Shown piece after piece: positions 37,801-51,400 of a stretch of DNA of 64,000 nt. How positions within the stretch are numbered: position 1 is the stretch's first letter; every line of letters starts with the position of its first letter. Source of the DNA: Catajapyx aquilonaris (taxonomy: Eukaryota); assembly GCA_000934665.2 (NCBI GenBank), contig KZ537965.1:1-64000 (forward strand), written 5' to 3'. Below the pieces are notes generated by a model. It was not told the origin of the DNA, did not search any database, and worked only from the letters and a program-made list of their open reading frames with translations. The translations under genes and the position numbers were made by a program.

Positions 37801-40525
37801 TTTTTTCTCTATGGACCTCCAAAAAATTGTAGTGAAAAGTGTGAAGTGTGTTTCACTTGGCGGCAGGATTCGGGTAGCTTCCCATACAAAAATAGTTGGC
37901 ACCCGTTGAGGACACTCTTGCACTATGAGGTAGCCTATAGTTCACTGTGGTTTTACAGCGTGGTGTGCCATCATGTTCATCCACAACACACTTCATCGAG
38001 TCGAGAGATGTGCTCGGCTAGTTTTGAAATAACATTTATAGGCCAAAAGAATTTGGTAGCACTGAATTTGCAGGACTTTATTAATGCGTGTTGAGATTGT
38101 GTGCTTGTGCAAAATGCGAAATAATTTGCCTTCAGTTGTGCAACAGCGCATTTTCCCTACCCCCATTGTTCTGCAAGGCAACTTATTATTTCTGGCAAGT
38201 GTCCCCATTGTTAGCCAGGTGAACTTAAGATAGCGAGCAGGATATAATACGGTGGTCTTTCTCGTATATGGAACACGATCTCATCCGGACGCAACTTGTT
38301 TACCTCTTTTGTTTACCGCGGAGAACACACTGCATCAGGCACAAAGCAGCGGACACTAGAAGGCCTCTCGACGTGAAATTTACTGCCCCTGCGGTGTATG
38401 CTCCTCTGTGAACAAGAACTGGGGGATATGGGTTGCATAATAGGGGCTGTTATAATGAACCGAGGGTGTACTCTGGCTCTGTAGGATGGGGCGTGGACCA
38501 TACTCGGTTTTCAATGAAACTGGGGATTATGTCACCCGAAATCAGGTTTCGTATTTTTTTTTTGAAGCAAGTGTTGCGGTGTAACTTAACACCAGTGGTA
38601 GGCCCGCCAAGTGCGTACTCTATGTAGATATTGTTAAGTTATATTGAAATAGCCAATGTTTCCCTTTATGGTGGTTTCCACTTAATATTTGAATGCACTT
38701 ATTGGTGAGAGATTTTTATTTTACAAATTGTATGAACACTTGTCACCTGAAGATTCTAACAACTGAACCGAATTATGTTGAATTCTTGGACAACCATTGG
38801 AATTTTGTTCCTCTTAACTCCGCAATAGAGTGACGTGCGTGTCACCAGAATGCAAGCTATACGTCGGATCATAATGTGACACGGTTTGTGCATCACCCCC
38901 ACTCTCATATCGCTTCCAATTTTTGACAGCCAGGCTTCAGGCCGCCGTAAAAATTGTTCGACGCGACCAAAAGATATATTCAAGCTTCCTCCCCCCAAAA
39001 AACACTAAAAAAATCGATCAAGATTTTGGACCCTTGGTTCTCTCCTGTTCTTCTATGCCAAGTGTCATCAATCGTCTTGTATGCTCTGTCCTCGTCCCCT
39101 CCTGCGCGGTTAGCAATGTCTAGAAAAGAAGGGGACGCCAAAGAAAAGGGTCGTCGTCTTTTCGTCGTGGACATTCCGACAAACAGGCTTGACAGCTCGA
39201 CGAAAAAGGGGGGGGGGGCAAACACTCAATTCGAAGTGGGCAGCATTTGGAAGCATTTTGCGGACATTCATGCATGTTACTGATCACCCTGTACTGTACC
39301 TACGGTTATTATAGAAGCGCAATTGCCATTTGTCCTGCTGTTGTGCGAAGTTATGAACTTTGACAAGGTTGAACTCCCATGCCGACGAGGGTCGCTTAAG
39401 GTCACGTGCGGGCCCCCTCTGGAAAGAGGACAATGACAGCCCCTACAGCCTTTTAGATTGGCTCAATTAATTGCGGCCATCTGAATAATCTCCCACGCAT
39501 GCTTCTGTTAGCTCAGTACACTTGCCCTCAAAAAAATTTCACATTGTAATAAATATTACAGCCAGCTGCAGCAGCAGGTATAGGAAAGTAGCATTCAAAT
39601 GCCAGTCGTTTGATATATATGGATATATAGGAAGCCGATTCTGAAAAAGGCAATGAATTTGGGACTTTATACTTTGCGGCGTCCGTTGCGATTGGTCAGC
39701 CTGCACTTGGGGATTGTGGCCATAGCCCCCCCTTTGGGCTGGAGGGGTCAGTCTCCGCGACATTTTGAAGGGGGGGAATAAATACGTGTGGACCTATACT
39801 CTCCCCCCGTTACTTCCAGTTATAAGTCCGGAACCAGTTTCCATCATTCCAGACGAACTTGCTCACCATTTGATCTTTATGCGTTTTCCTCCCGTCCTTT
39901 TCGATCTCGAATAAATCTTTTTATTACTATTGGCTGCCCCGGTTTTTATGGAGCTGCTCCTGATTTTTCTCCAATTTCTGCTCATCACTGGTTGGCTCCT
40001 GCTGGTGTGCACTAGGGCTAGGGTGGGAACAATTTGCAATGTTGAAGTTTGACGCCCACATTGTCTGTGCAAGCCCTCCCCTGCTAGTCGAGTCTGCAAT
40101 TACAAAAGCACGTCCTCCCCATCCCCCTCACCACCACCTCCCCTTTCAATTTCGGAAACACTAGTCGCGATTTTGGAGTGCGTTGGAGACGGTTGAATCA
40201 ATAGCAGTGACGCCAACTGGCTGAGGAGCCAAAGTTTCCTCTTGGAGGTGTCGCGAGTCCCGGAGGCCTTTTTCTCTTTCTTTTCACTTTTTTTTCTACT
40301 TTTTATACGTAAAGCAGGGGAACAATGAGATCGTCATCCAAGTTAGGGAGGAGGAAGAGAGGCTGTTGACAAACATCTTGGCGGTTCTGCTCCTAAGGGG
40401 AATCCTGACAAGCTTTTTCGTCTATGCTGACTTTAATAAAGCTTCTTCCGAGCAGGTAACACTGCTAACGTCCCTTCTTTACCATTCATTGTCTGGCTTG
40501 AGGGATTGGCTCCAGTAGCACCAAT

Positions 40526-40955
40526 TTGTACTGACTCCAACTTGTACCGACTCTCAACTTGTACTGACTTCAACATGTACCGATTACAACTTGTACTGAC
40601 TGTTGTACTGAGTCAAACTTGTACTGACTGTTGTACTGAGTCAAACTTGTACTGAGTCAAACTTGTACTGACTGTTGTACTGAGTCAAACTTGTACTGAG
40701 TCAAACTTGTACTGAGTCAAACTTGTACTGAGTCAAACTTGTACTGAGTCAAACTTGTACTGAGTGTTGTACTGACTGTTGTACTGACTGTTGTCCTGAC
40801 TGTTGTACTGAGTCAAACTTGTACTGACTGTTGTACTGAGTCAAACTTGTACTGACTGTTGTACTGAGTCAAACTTGTACTGACTGTTGTACTGAGTCAA
40901 ACTTGTACTGACTGTTGTACTGAGTCAAACTTGTACTGACTGTTGTACTGACTCA
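40526..40955. repeat. Two-unit minisatellite (16-bp TTGTACTGAGTCAAAC and 12-bp TTGTACTGACTG)
   Basis: 13 copies of the 16-mer and 12 of the 12-mer (two variant) are interspersed from 40591, preceded by four degenerate 16-17-mers at 40526-40590. Confidence 0.95.
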
Positions 40956-43900
40956 TATTGAGCAAAAAAATTTGTTTTATAAATTGTGGATTAATTTGCA
41001 CGGATACAACCAAAAGCAGGTGCAGATCTGTTCTTATTTTTTTCGCCAGATTTTGAGAGCAAATATTGTAAACATGTCACAAGCCTGATATTGAGGCCGT
41101 ACGTATAATGTTATGGCCGGTTATTTTGAGGGGAGAAATGGCTGCGTCAGCATTTATCTATTGTGAGTAGGGGAAGGTTTGAATCCCATTCTCTCGATGG
41201 CATTTCTGTCATAAGTTTAGTGTGCGAGTCTTTACAGGGAAAATTGGGGGGAGCCTCAAGTTCCGGGTATGGCGTTGCTGTGGAACAACAGAGATGGTCG
41301 TTCCGATAGGCTCCTGTCTAGTGTTGTGTGATTCCTTCACTCCCCCTTTCTATCGCTTTTTTCCCCGTCCTTCCTTCCTTCCCCTTATTCTTGGGGGGCC
41401 CTTTTCCCTTATTTCGTCAAAGCCTGCGGGCTGTGGCTTCCCCTCCCCCTCCCTTCCCCTCTATTCCTTCCGTTTATTTCATCCGACTTCATCTCTGGAT
41501 CCAAGAGACGAGGAGAGGGGGGGGGGGGGGGGGGTTCATAAATTTTGAATGCATTCGACAGTTCTTCTCCAACTTTTTGGATCGCTTCAAGTGTCCCAGA
41601 TGGCTCTAGGGGGCAGGGGAAGCTCACAAAGAAGGCTTGAAGACGATTGTTATCTCTGAACTCCTAGAGAGGTATTTCCACCATTGAAGAGGATTTTAGT
41701 AGAACAACTGTAAGCTAATTTTAATAGCTAACTGTGGTGGAAATTTTCTGAACTCTTTTCCAGGCCGCCATGTATGCTGACCCAGTCCTAATCCGAGTAA
41801 GGTGGAAGGAGTGGTCAATCGGCCCTGTTTTATTGTAGGGCCTCGGTTTTCTAATTCGGTTTTAGGGGGGGAGGTATAGGTGGAAGGAACCAAGGAAAGG
41901 AGAAGGCAAAAAGGGGAGGGAAAGCCTACAATGGCGGTAGCGTGCGGCGCTCATTTTCTTTCATTACCCCAGCTTTTATGAGCACTGAGGGATGGAGACT
42001 GGAGGAGTGGACCCCATTACCCAACGCCGTAGAAACGCTCTCCTTTTCTGCCCCTAGGGGGCGCTCAGAAACCCTGGCACAAGAGAGCCTAGCCCCAGCG
42101 CCATAGAGGAAACAAGTTTCTTGGAAATTTCGCACGACGGCTCAACACGGCTAGCTATTTCCTTCCACGAGCATTGCAAATAGGCATCCTAGGTGGGCCA
42201 TAATTGACAGGGATTTTCCTGCCCACAAATCGCCTGATAACGACACCCCCTAGGTTGGATAGGTCCACCTTATAAGCTTAGGCAACTAAGGTCTTGTACA
42301 GGGTGCTGCTTCAGGAAGCCCAATCAATTTCCCATGTAAATAATGCATCGGTCCCTTCCGGGGACAGGTGTGTCAATCTCACACTTCCATCCCCTTGATG
42401 AGGGGTGGAGACTGAGGAAGTAGTCTAGGGAAAGGGGGGGCCAGACCACGAATTATCGTCAGCGCAAATAGTCCCTTGCGGCTCTTAGAAAATAGAGAAA
42501 GGGGACACGATGGGGGTAGGGGAAGGTAGGAAAAGCTGAGCCACGCGCCTAAGAGTGTATCCGGTCTTTTGCAGACGAACTGAATATCCGGGGGAGAAAA
42601 GGCTCGATTTGCAGAGTGACTCACCCGGCAACTCATAAAAATGGCCCATCTCTTGTTCGGGTTTAGGTCACGTGCAGGAAGGCAATACTTGCCCCCAAAC
42701 CTTTTTAATTAGACGTCTAATGAGAATGTTGCATAGGGAGGCGCAAGGGTGGAAAGAGTGTGTGTGTCTTGGATAAACAATGACGCAGATGATAATGGGC
42801 AGGGAGGATTTGGAAACATACAGGGTGTTTCATAATTTGATTTTTTTAAACTTTCTAGCCTCCCAGAAGCAAGAATTGCCTTTAGATCCGGACATATACG
42901 AACGATGTTTCACAGCAGAAAAAAGCTTCCCCTGGCAAACCTGTAGTTTATGGGGTCCAAAGATAAACGACTGATATTAGCGAACTACTCCGAAATGAAT
43001 TACAGGTTGTGGGAGGAGATAAAGAAGCCATGAGAAACTAGAAGGGGCCAACCAGGTGGTAGAGATCGACGGACAAAATAGGCGGATTCTTCCGCCGAAA
43101 GTGGGAGATAAAGGACTTCCGATGACTTGCAAGGGGGGGCCTTCCAGGATCACAAAAGGCTTTGCGTGATCCTTTGGGAAGGGACAGCTGCTGGCCAATG
43201 GAAATTGCAACTTTTTTTCATAAGAGAATTTGAGGGATTACTGCGGATATGCTGCACCTGTGTATATTACCTTTCAAAAGCATTGCTGCCTGTTATTTAT
43301 TTGCGCTATTTCGTACAAGCGCATTTGACTTTTTATTTCGTCTTTCAAACATTGCCCTTCTGTCGGGTTTATTTGCTTATGTCATGATATCAAAGGTCGT
43401 TACACCCATTTTTACGACATAAATATACGTCTATCTTTCTTCAGGAGCGCTTTAGGAGCTCAACGATTCATTTCCTGCCTCCCTCGACTAATACAGCGTT
43501 CTTAAACGCGGGGTTTATGGCCCAACTCGGTGGAGTCTTGCTGGAAGAGGCCAGGAAATGAAGCATGCCGTAATTTCCTGGTTCAGATACTCGACTAATT
43601 AAGCTAATTGTGGATCTTATATTGAAAACAGTTCGTTTGGAGCATCTCACGCATGCAGAGAACGCGGTACATATTAATTTTGTAATGGTTTTTGAGTTAT
43701 TTTGTGCGCCAGAATCCAACCCTGCGTGATACACGCTTCGATTTGCACATAATTCCGTCCAGATGAGCGTGTAATTACTTGATCAGGTTACATATCATAA
43801 GTCATAAATATAGGGATTAATTTACGCGGTAACGAGTCAATTGGCTTTATGACTCCGCAGGGTTCGAACTCTTTGAATCTTCCATAACGCTTATGAGCTA

Positions 43901-44781
43901 AATTGTACTTGACGCCCAAATATTTTTATTCTGTGTTGTACAAACTCTTGAACAGTACAGTACATGCTAGCGAAATGAGGTAATTTCAATTTGCTTGCTG
44001 GAAATGTACTGCTCTGATCAAGTGTTTTCCAAAGTAATCCCAAATTAGCATTAATGTAGTCAAAATTTTCATTGATTGTCTATAATGCAGTTAAACTATA
44101 TAGTGTGGCCGGCCATTACTCATAGGTTTAATTCACCCTCAATTTATATGGAAATGAGTTGCGCCAGCGTTATTTCTGGACAGATAAATATAACCACCAT
44201 CATACATATAAACACATGACGGATAAATATAGACGCAACATTCCAGTCATGTTCTAGTATACACTGTGCCGGCAGTGCAGTGCAGTAAATCAGATGTAAA
44301 AACTCGGCAATGCAGGTTAAACGCATACCCGTGTAGTATACCAGGATTGTCCTCTAACATCACTGGTAAGTCGAGGGTATATGACTCTTTGAAAATTAGC
44401 TGTGCGGCTACTAGATTCCTTCATGTCCAATTTTTTATATATCTACCCCTGGACACTTTTTCTCCCACTTTATCGCGTACTTCACTTCACGTCCTCCAGG
44501 TGAAATTACTGCGCGTTTCGGATGAAGGCCCCTTACTCTAAAAGTGACGGAAATAAAATTACAGCATGTAGTAAGCAGACTTTATGTGCAAAGGTATCCG
44601 TTTTTATAGAAAGGCACCGCAAATGAAAAAGTCAACTTTGCAAAAAAAAAAAATGCAGGGGACCCGTTTTTCGCACGGTGATTTGCTAAATAAAAGAAAT
44701 GTGCGACAATTCCTCCAGATGAAACACCAAACTTTCTTTCGTTTAAAATCCTTCATGTATTTATACTCAAACCAGTAATGT

Positions 44782-44929
44782 ACAGTTTCCCCGGGAACCC
44801 AACAGAGGAGTTGTTTACACCCCCATTGCGCATGAGTAGAACGCGGGCCAATGGGGAGGTGGCGGTAACAATATTGGCGGACCAATCAGAGGGCTCGGCC
44901 AACTCCCGCAAGAATTTTAATATTATAGA
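44782..44929 (-). mobile_element. Short dispersed repeat, non-autonomous Helitron-like (copy 2, inverted relative to copy 1)
   Basis: The minus strand reads A|TCTATAATATTAAAATTCTTG...TCTGATTGGTCCGCCAATATTGTTACCG...TGCGCAATGGGG...CCTCTGTTGG...GGAAACTG, homologous to 3387-3527. Confidence 0.55.
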
Positions 44930-44940
44930 TAAGTGCAGTT

Positions 44941-45076
44941 TTCGGACTTTTTCCTGAATCAGCGACACGTAAGACATCAGTGTGCCAAGTTTCAGTACTC
45001 TCAGTACTCCGGAAGTGTGTTAGGTATCCGTGACATACATAAAGACCGACAAACTTTCTGATTTATACATTGTAGA
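44941..45076 (-). mobile_element. Possible 5' fragment of another Helitron-like element adjoining copy 2
   Basis: The minus strand begins TCTACAATGTATAAATCAGAAAGTTTGTCGGTCTTTATGTATGTCACG...GAAACTTGGCACA. From memory this resembles 5' ends of arthropod non-autonomous Helitrons; it is not database-verified. Confidence 0.35.
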
Positions 45077-48000
45077 CTATATGTACAATGTGTGCAGCTT
45101 ATCATTATTATTAAATCTGTAGATATTTTGATATCGTTTGGGAAAGGGTGAGATGGGTCAATTGTGACATGAAAATGAACTCGGTTCCGGGTCGAGTCAA
45201 AACAAGTGCGGAGGTACGCATGGATCGCACGCGAATTTGTCACGTCCGCTAATAATGTTTGTTTCGGAAGGTCACGTTCTGGTAACGGGGGAGCCCGGAG
45301 TGGGCGGCGAACTATGTATATGTGAAACGCTGGTTATTGGCTCCGGTTGAGCACGTTTCGACATTTTGAAAATCGGGAGGGGTACAGAGTGGGGAAGGTC
45401 TCTCTCTCTCTGTGCTCGTTATGCGCTTGTTTAATGCACTCTGACCGTTTTATGGCCCCGGTTGTTACCGTCGCGTGCTTCACCCTGGACGGTAGTTACC
45501 TTCGGATTGGGTGGATCTGTTTATTCCGCCCTTGTTAGTGGACAAGAAAATGCGACGTGTAATAACTCAATCCGGAGTGTGCGACGTGCTGGACTTTTAT
45601 TAGGAGGTTGAAGGGTTCGATCCTCGAACACGACTCTCTTGGGCATGAATCCTGCCAGCTTAAAAAATTTATTTCACAAAAAAAAATATTGCAAATTCTC
45701 AGCTAGACCACAGATTTTTCTGTAATAAAATGACAATCGCAAATGTTTTAGAGTGGGCCATAGAAGAGAGGACAAAATTGCAGAATTGCACTCACTTCCA
45801 AATGAAAACTTTTGCTTCGTCCATCTGCCGGGTAAAAAAAAGCGAGTTGCAGTCCTGCCTGTCAGTTCAAAGCCTCCCCCCCCTTTTTTTCCTTTTTCTG
45901 TTCCGAGGACTGTCACGTTAATTTACCGTGACGATTGCACGCCATGGTAAGTAATTGTATTGACACTACTTTAATCTCTTACCAGAGCGAACTTGTTTCG
46001 AGGCTTTCCAGAGCCCCGCAAATGAATTTGACCGTCGCCATGCCACAGGCCCTTGTAAACACCCACATCGGCAGATTAGGTTGACACTGACCACGTCCAT
46101 TCCCCCACCCCCCACCATGCCCTTTTCCTTTCCCGACCTCGAAAAAATCCGGAACACACACACACACGCACGTAGAAAAGTGTGTGCAAAGTTTGTGCCG
46201 AATGTATATGCCACAAGCCTTGAGTGTCCATTTGTCGGACTTGATGCATGTCCTGGATTTGAGATGCTGTTCGGAAAAGGCAAGTGCCGCAGTGGGGCTA
46301 GCAAACATCCCTTGTCAATTATCCGGGGCCAGGGATACGGTTATATACATACGAGTACTCATGAAACTGGAGCCCGAGCTTTGAATTTAGAGCGAATAAG
46401 GGCTAGAGGTGTGGGCGCCACTATAATTATAGTACGATGTAATCCTTCACCACAGTTCATTGCAGCCGAAAGTAAATAAGGGAGAGTCGAATGGAACGTG
46501 GCAGTTAATAGTCGCCCTCAGGACCTAAATGCACTACTAAAACTCCTGTTATCTAGGGACCAGTTCCATCAACCTTACTTTCAGTTAAGCTGACTCCACT
46601 GTTATGATTGTATATGAAACCAGGTTTGATAATAAATCTCTGATTAATTTTTTTTCATCCAACCAGCAGTATAAGCTGCAGTTAACTGACAGCTAAAAAA
46701 GCATAAAATATCCAACAGCCACTGACTGTTTTCTGGTCCCGAGAGTTGTATCGATTCCTGTATTTTTTTTATCTGTTCTGTAATATACCGCCTAGTGAAT
46801 CATAATCGGATTAGGAAAAAAATAAGACAGTTGGTAATTCAGATCCTCTTAAAGAAGGAGCCCCCCCTCCACCATTCATTCTTTTGAGATACGAGCCAGA
46901 TATCGCAGAAATTGCTTACTGTTATCAGTATTCTCATGCGGGTCAGTATACAAAATTGACCGAAACTTGCAAAAAATCAACCTGCTCACATAGTCGAACA
47001 CTTTCTGCCTAAAAAGCCCCCTGCTATTTTCCTGAACGTCTACTATGAAAACACTATCGCATCTGCAATGTCCTGTCCGTTTGGGTTTATACCGCTGCGA
47101 TAAAACTCTGCACACATCAGGTGCTGTGTTTTTACGCCAGTGCTTAGCGAAACTATTCATCCTGTTTAGTACTTCTCACTTCGCTCCGCTTTATGTAAAT
47201 AGGTTATTTATGATTTTCGAGCCCAAAAAGTGTGCTGGGGGTGGGGTTAAAAATATATATATTCTCTTTGGTAAGGTCAACGGCCAGATGACGCCCTCCA
47301 TTAAGGCGGAAGAGGGGAAAAAGGTCCTGCATCCATAAAGGCAAAGTCTGCACAATGGAAGCAGGCATTGAGAGTCATCAATTTGGGGAGCTTGTAATCC
47401 TCTGTTGACTCGGAATAGAAGGCGCGGGGAAAACAGGCATTTTGCGAGTGGGCCGTCCTTTGCTGCCTGCCTATCTTTTTTTTCTCTCTCCCCATCCCCT
47501 CCAGCCTTCTCCCAAAGAGCATTCCTGATCCTGGAGTGTTTAATAGGAGGGTTCTCTCCGGGGCTATCAGGCAGGCCCCGAGACTCATCAGGAAAGTGGC
47601 GCTCCAGATAGGCCAAGCGAGGGCTGTAAAGAATACAAGCTGCCCATTAGGCCTCGTCTGGCTCGACGATCCTCACTATATGGACATAGGTCAATCCTCG
47701 CAGGTTTTTTGCATATTGCTCATTAGGCTTGTTCATAAACTCAGTCGCGTTATTGACGACTTCTCAAGTTCTCATGTAATTTGCAATCGGACACCCTTGA
47801 AGCATGTGGGGGGTGAAAACAGGGAAAGGAAAAAGAGTTGGGGAAAAAAGAGAAAAAGTTTGATAGCTTCTCGAAGGTGACAAATGGGGTCCCAAGCAGC
47901 AGTGCTGTTCTGGCCCTTCGTAATTTAGAGAGTGAAACGAGTGCGGCCATTATTTCTCGCTTAAGCTCTCTTCACAGTGGCTGCTGCTGCTGCAGGGATT

Positions 48001-48262
48001 TTTAATCATCGTCTGGAGCAGGAATGTGGCGGAATCTCCGAGACACTTCGTGTTGAGGCCGAGGTACACTGCAGCCCGGCATCAATCATGGTTATCGCTG
48101 CCCGAGAAATGGCTTTGAAAACAGCTAACGTTTTTTTTTGTATATACAGTGTGCCCTTTGGCCAGAACGTGGGTTCTGTTGTCCGGTAAAACCTGATTTG
48201 GACTAATGGACATGTTTTTTGAAAGTGAAAGATTCGTGTTTGCTTCTTCTCCATGTAACTTA

Positions 48263-48467
48263 CAGGGTGATCCAGCTGAAATGGACAAAAAAAATGCTTA
48301 TTTATCAATTTTACTGTAAGTTAGCAAATATGCAGCCTTAGACTCATTAAACCTGCATCACTGTGCGCCAGATGTTGTCAACATCTAGCCGGTTTATTTA
48401 AACTAATAAGTAGCCCCCATATTTTCAGATTATCTAATAAGCGTTCGTTTCTCATTGGACCACCCTG
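48263..48467. mobile_element. Tc1/mariner-type MITE with CAGGGTG termini, 205 bp
   Basis: Left end TA|CAGGGTGATCCAGCTGAAATGGAC and right end GTTCGTTTCTCATTGGACCACCCTG|TA (reverse complement CAGGGTGGTCCAATGAGAAACGAAC). A central palindrome AGATGTTG-T-CAACATCT lies near 48370-48386. Confidence 0.68.
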
Positions 48468-51400
48468 TATACATACGTTAGTCAGCAAATTTGAGCTCAA
48501 CAAACACATTGTGCGCAGCCTCGGGTGCTTTCGAAAAAAAAGAAGGCGTTAGATTCAAGCTATGACCACCGCTGCATCGATCGTTTTCAGAGCACCGGCC
48601 TGCTGACCAGTAAAGCGAGACTCGGGTCAGAATGTGTGCGAAATAGTATTAGGCATCGGGGTTGTTGAAGGGGACTCCAGCAAGCAGGCAGTGTTTACAA
48701 AAGGGAGCTTGGAAATAGACCATTCCCGCCTGCAGAAACCGGGTGGCCCATTAGATTCAATGTCTATTCATTTCAAACTGAAGTCCAAAGTTTGTGTTGC
48801 GGATATGCCAAATTCTCTGAATGTTTCAAGCAAGATCCTGGCATGCAGGCAACCCAACAGCCTCTCTTGTACTGCAGGTTGCTTACATGCAGGGCGCTTT
48901 GGGAAGTAAATATTTTTTTAGGCTGACTGTACAATATGATTGGATGATGGACGGTTTGTTCCCAACGGCAAAGTTTGAGGTAGTAACTTTTTTTTTTCTT
49001 CTTCTTCTTCTTCAAAGCGGTTGTTCAAAATGCGGCACACTTTTTGGGGACAGGATCCGTTGATTCACTTATCCTTACCTTCCTCCTTCCGTCGGTGTTG
49101 GTGTCTCTCCTGCAATTTCCCAATTAAGGTAGGGTGCGCTTGGCAAGGGCCCCGAAGGCTTGGGAGGAGGGGGGGACAAAAGCCGCCATACTTCTTCTCA
49201 CCACCACCTTTCGTCTTTCACATAATACAATTTCCAGATTGATTTTGCCGCCGCCCCTCTTTCATTTTCTTGTCCTTTTTTTTTCTTCTTCCCAAGACTT
49301 TTGCGGGTTACCCTGGGGAAAACATTGAGGGGGGAGGCTTCCCAACTTGCGGGTCTTGACTTTGGGTGGGTGGGCTTGTGGCCCTTAAAGTGCTGAGAGT
49401 GGCGAAGAAGGAGCAGGCGATTAATTGACATTTAGGCAAGGAGGCGCAAATGGGGTAGGAGGTATTTTCTGCTGACACTGTTGGAAGGGATTCCAGTCGA
49501 ATGGCCGGAAAAAGCTATGGGAAAAGGGGAGAGAAACTCTGAGAGAAACCAAGACTCCATCTTCGCACCCTCCTTATTTGGAGAGAGGATTAGATTTTTG
49601 CAACCTTCACCCTTGCTACTCAGGTCGAAACCTATAGCCCCCCAATTTCCTTACAACCTGTGCAACCAACAATTTTGCAAAATGTTGTCATTACATAAAC
49701 TGGTGTATAGCAGCATGTGGTATTACATGGGAGGGGTGGAAAATAAAAATTTAATTTGTTAGAATGGCTATTTGCTTTGTTTGCAGTTAAGCCTTACAAA
49801 TGCCATGTTCATTAAATGGCGCAGCAATTGTCGCCTGATTATCTGCTGCAAAATGTATGCAAAGTTTCAAAGACTGTTTGTAATCGGGCATGTATCATTC
49901 TCATTAGTGTTCGGCGCAGCGGGACTGACAGTGTTGTAATTCATTAGAGAATTGACCGGCTTGGTGTTTAACGAGGCCCGATTTTTTTTAGTTGGGGGGG
50001 GGGGGGGTCATTTTTGGATAATACCAATGTAGGCCTATATGCCACTGCACAGATTTTTTTAAACTTAAAAAGGCAAAGTTCAAGTTCCAAACTTTTAGCG
50101 CACAATTCCCTCATAATACTGTAATGTGCTGAAATTTCAGAATTTTTCTGGTTCCCCATCGGAGATATTTGGCTCTGAAAATGTAATTTTTGGAAATTTC
50201 CATATTTTTGAACACAACAAATTACTTTGTGCTTTTATTGTTCTATTATTTTTTCTTCATTACATCAGTTTTCCCTTGTTAATATATAGGCCTTAATGAC
50301 CCTTCAATACTCGAGTAATACCATAACTCCAAGCTTAAGTAAAATACCCGCCAAAATTACATACCCTTCATAATGCTCCAACATGAGCCTAACTCCAAAG
50401 GCATCATTCACAGTATAAAACTACTTCCCATTGTAAATATTTAACGAGATTCCTGTTGTACGCACTTCTCACCAACAATGCATTATAATAATTGCTGACG
50501 CAGCAAAACTTTGTAATTGCTTTCTCGACATGCAAATAATTGATAAGGCGACGTGCGTTTCCTCCTGATGAGCCCCTATATTGACACATTGAGCAGCGCA
50601 GATAAATCAAGAATTTTTCTCATTACACTAATTAATCCGGACCCGTATTTGCACACCGGAATAAAAAGAGGGGAGTGGCGAAAACCATTTGGTGGAGGCA
50701 GACACCATGGAGTGTCTATTTATTCTGAGGATAATTTGGTAGATGCCCGTGCCAGGGTAAAGCTTGCATTTCCCGGATACGTCTTTTCACCCCTTGGAAC
50801 AATGGCCGCGGCAATTCCCAGCCAAAACCTTCCCCTTCTTCTCTAAAAAGAGGGGGGGGGGGGTGTCCTTCCCAGATAATAAAGTATATTGCCACTTGGG
50901 AAAGCCCAATTCCTTGCCATTGTTCTAAACCAGTCTTATTCTAAGAGGATTTTCAGGGTGTTTCATTGCTCCGATCCACCCCCGCCACACAGTTTTAGGC
51001 TTTCCTCCGATTAGACCCGTTCCAGATTGTATTTTTCTCATAATTGGACACGCGATAAGTCGACCGGGACCTCTGGAGAACTTTTCTTCCACAGAACCAT
51101 GATGTGTCCCGATGCTCTACTGAAATATTTATTCGGCCAAGTTGCGGCCTCGAGGTTCTTTCTCGCCCCCCTTTTTTTTCAAACCGAAACCAGGGAATTA
51201 AAAATGCAGGTAGCCCCTGATGCTCTTTCGCAATGCATTTGGATCCCTTTGCATTGTTCGTTCGCCGATGGCCAATAGCCACACTGTTCGATACATTTTG
51301 GATTAACCCTACTAGAGATTCACCTGAAATGCGGCCGAATGTGTAATGGCTTGATCTGATTGTGAGTTAGAGTAATGTTGGTGGATGATTAGTAGTTCAT

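Noticed and set aside
40526..40955. CRISPR-like appearance of this array (and of 31367-31710 and 61543-61769)
   Set aside because: Units are directly adjacent with no unique 25-45-nt spacers, there are no cas genes, and the context is a spliceosomal-intron eukaryotic locus.
44345..44365. 21-nt phase-1-open segment before CTG|GTAAGT (GLSSNIT)
   Set aside because: There is no pyrimidine tract, and a competing AG lies just upstream of the acceptor.
45908..45946. 39-nt segment between a pyrimidine tract and ATG|GTAAGT
   Set aside because: The acceptor is a rare GAG and phase 1 contains a TAA. Support is insufficient.
47978..48063. Possible exon (ctctcttcacag|TGGCTGCTG...GAG|gtacac)
   Set aside because: The donor is poor, the 86-nt length is not frame-preserving, and there is no domain similarity.
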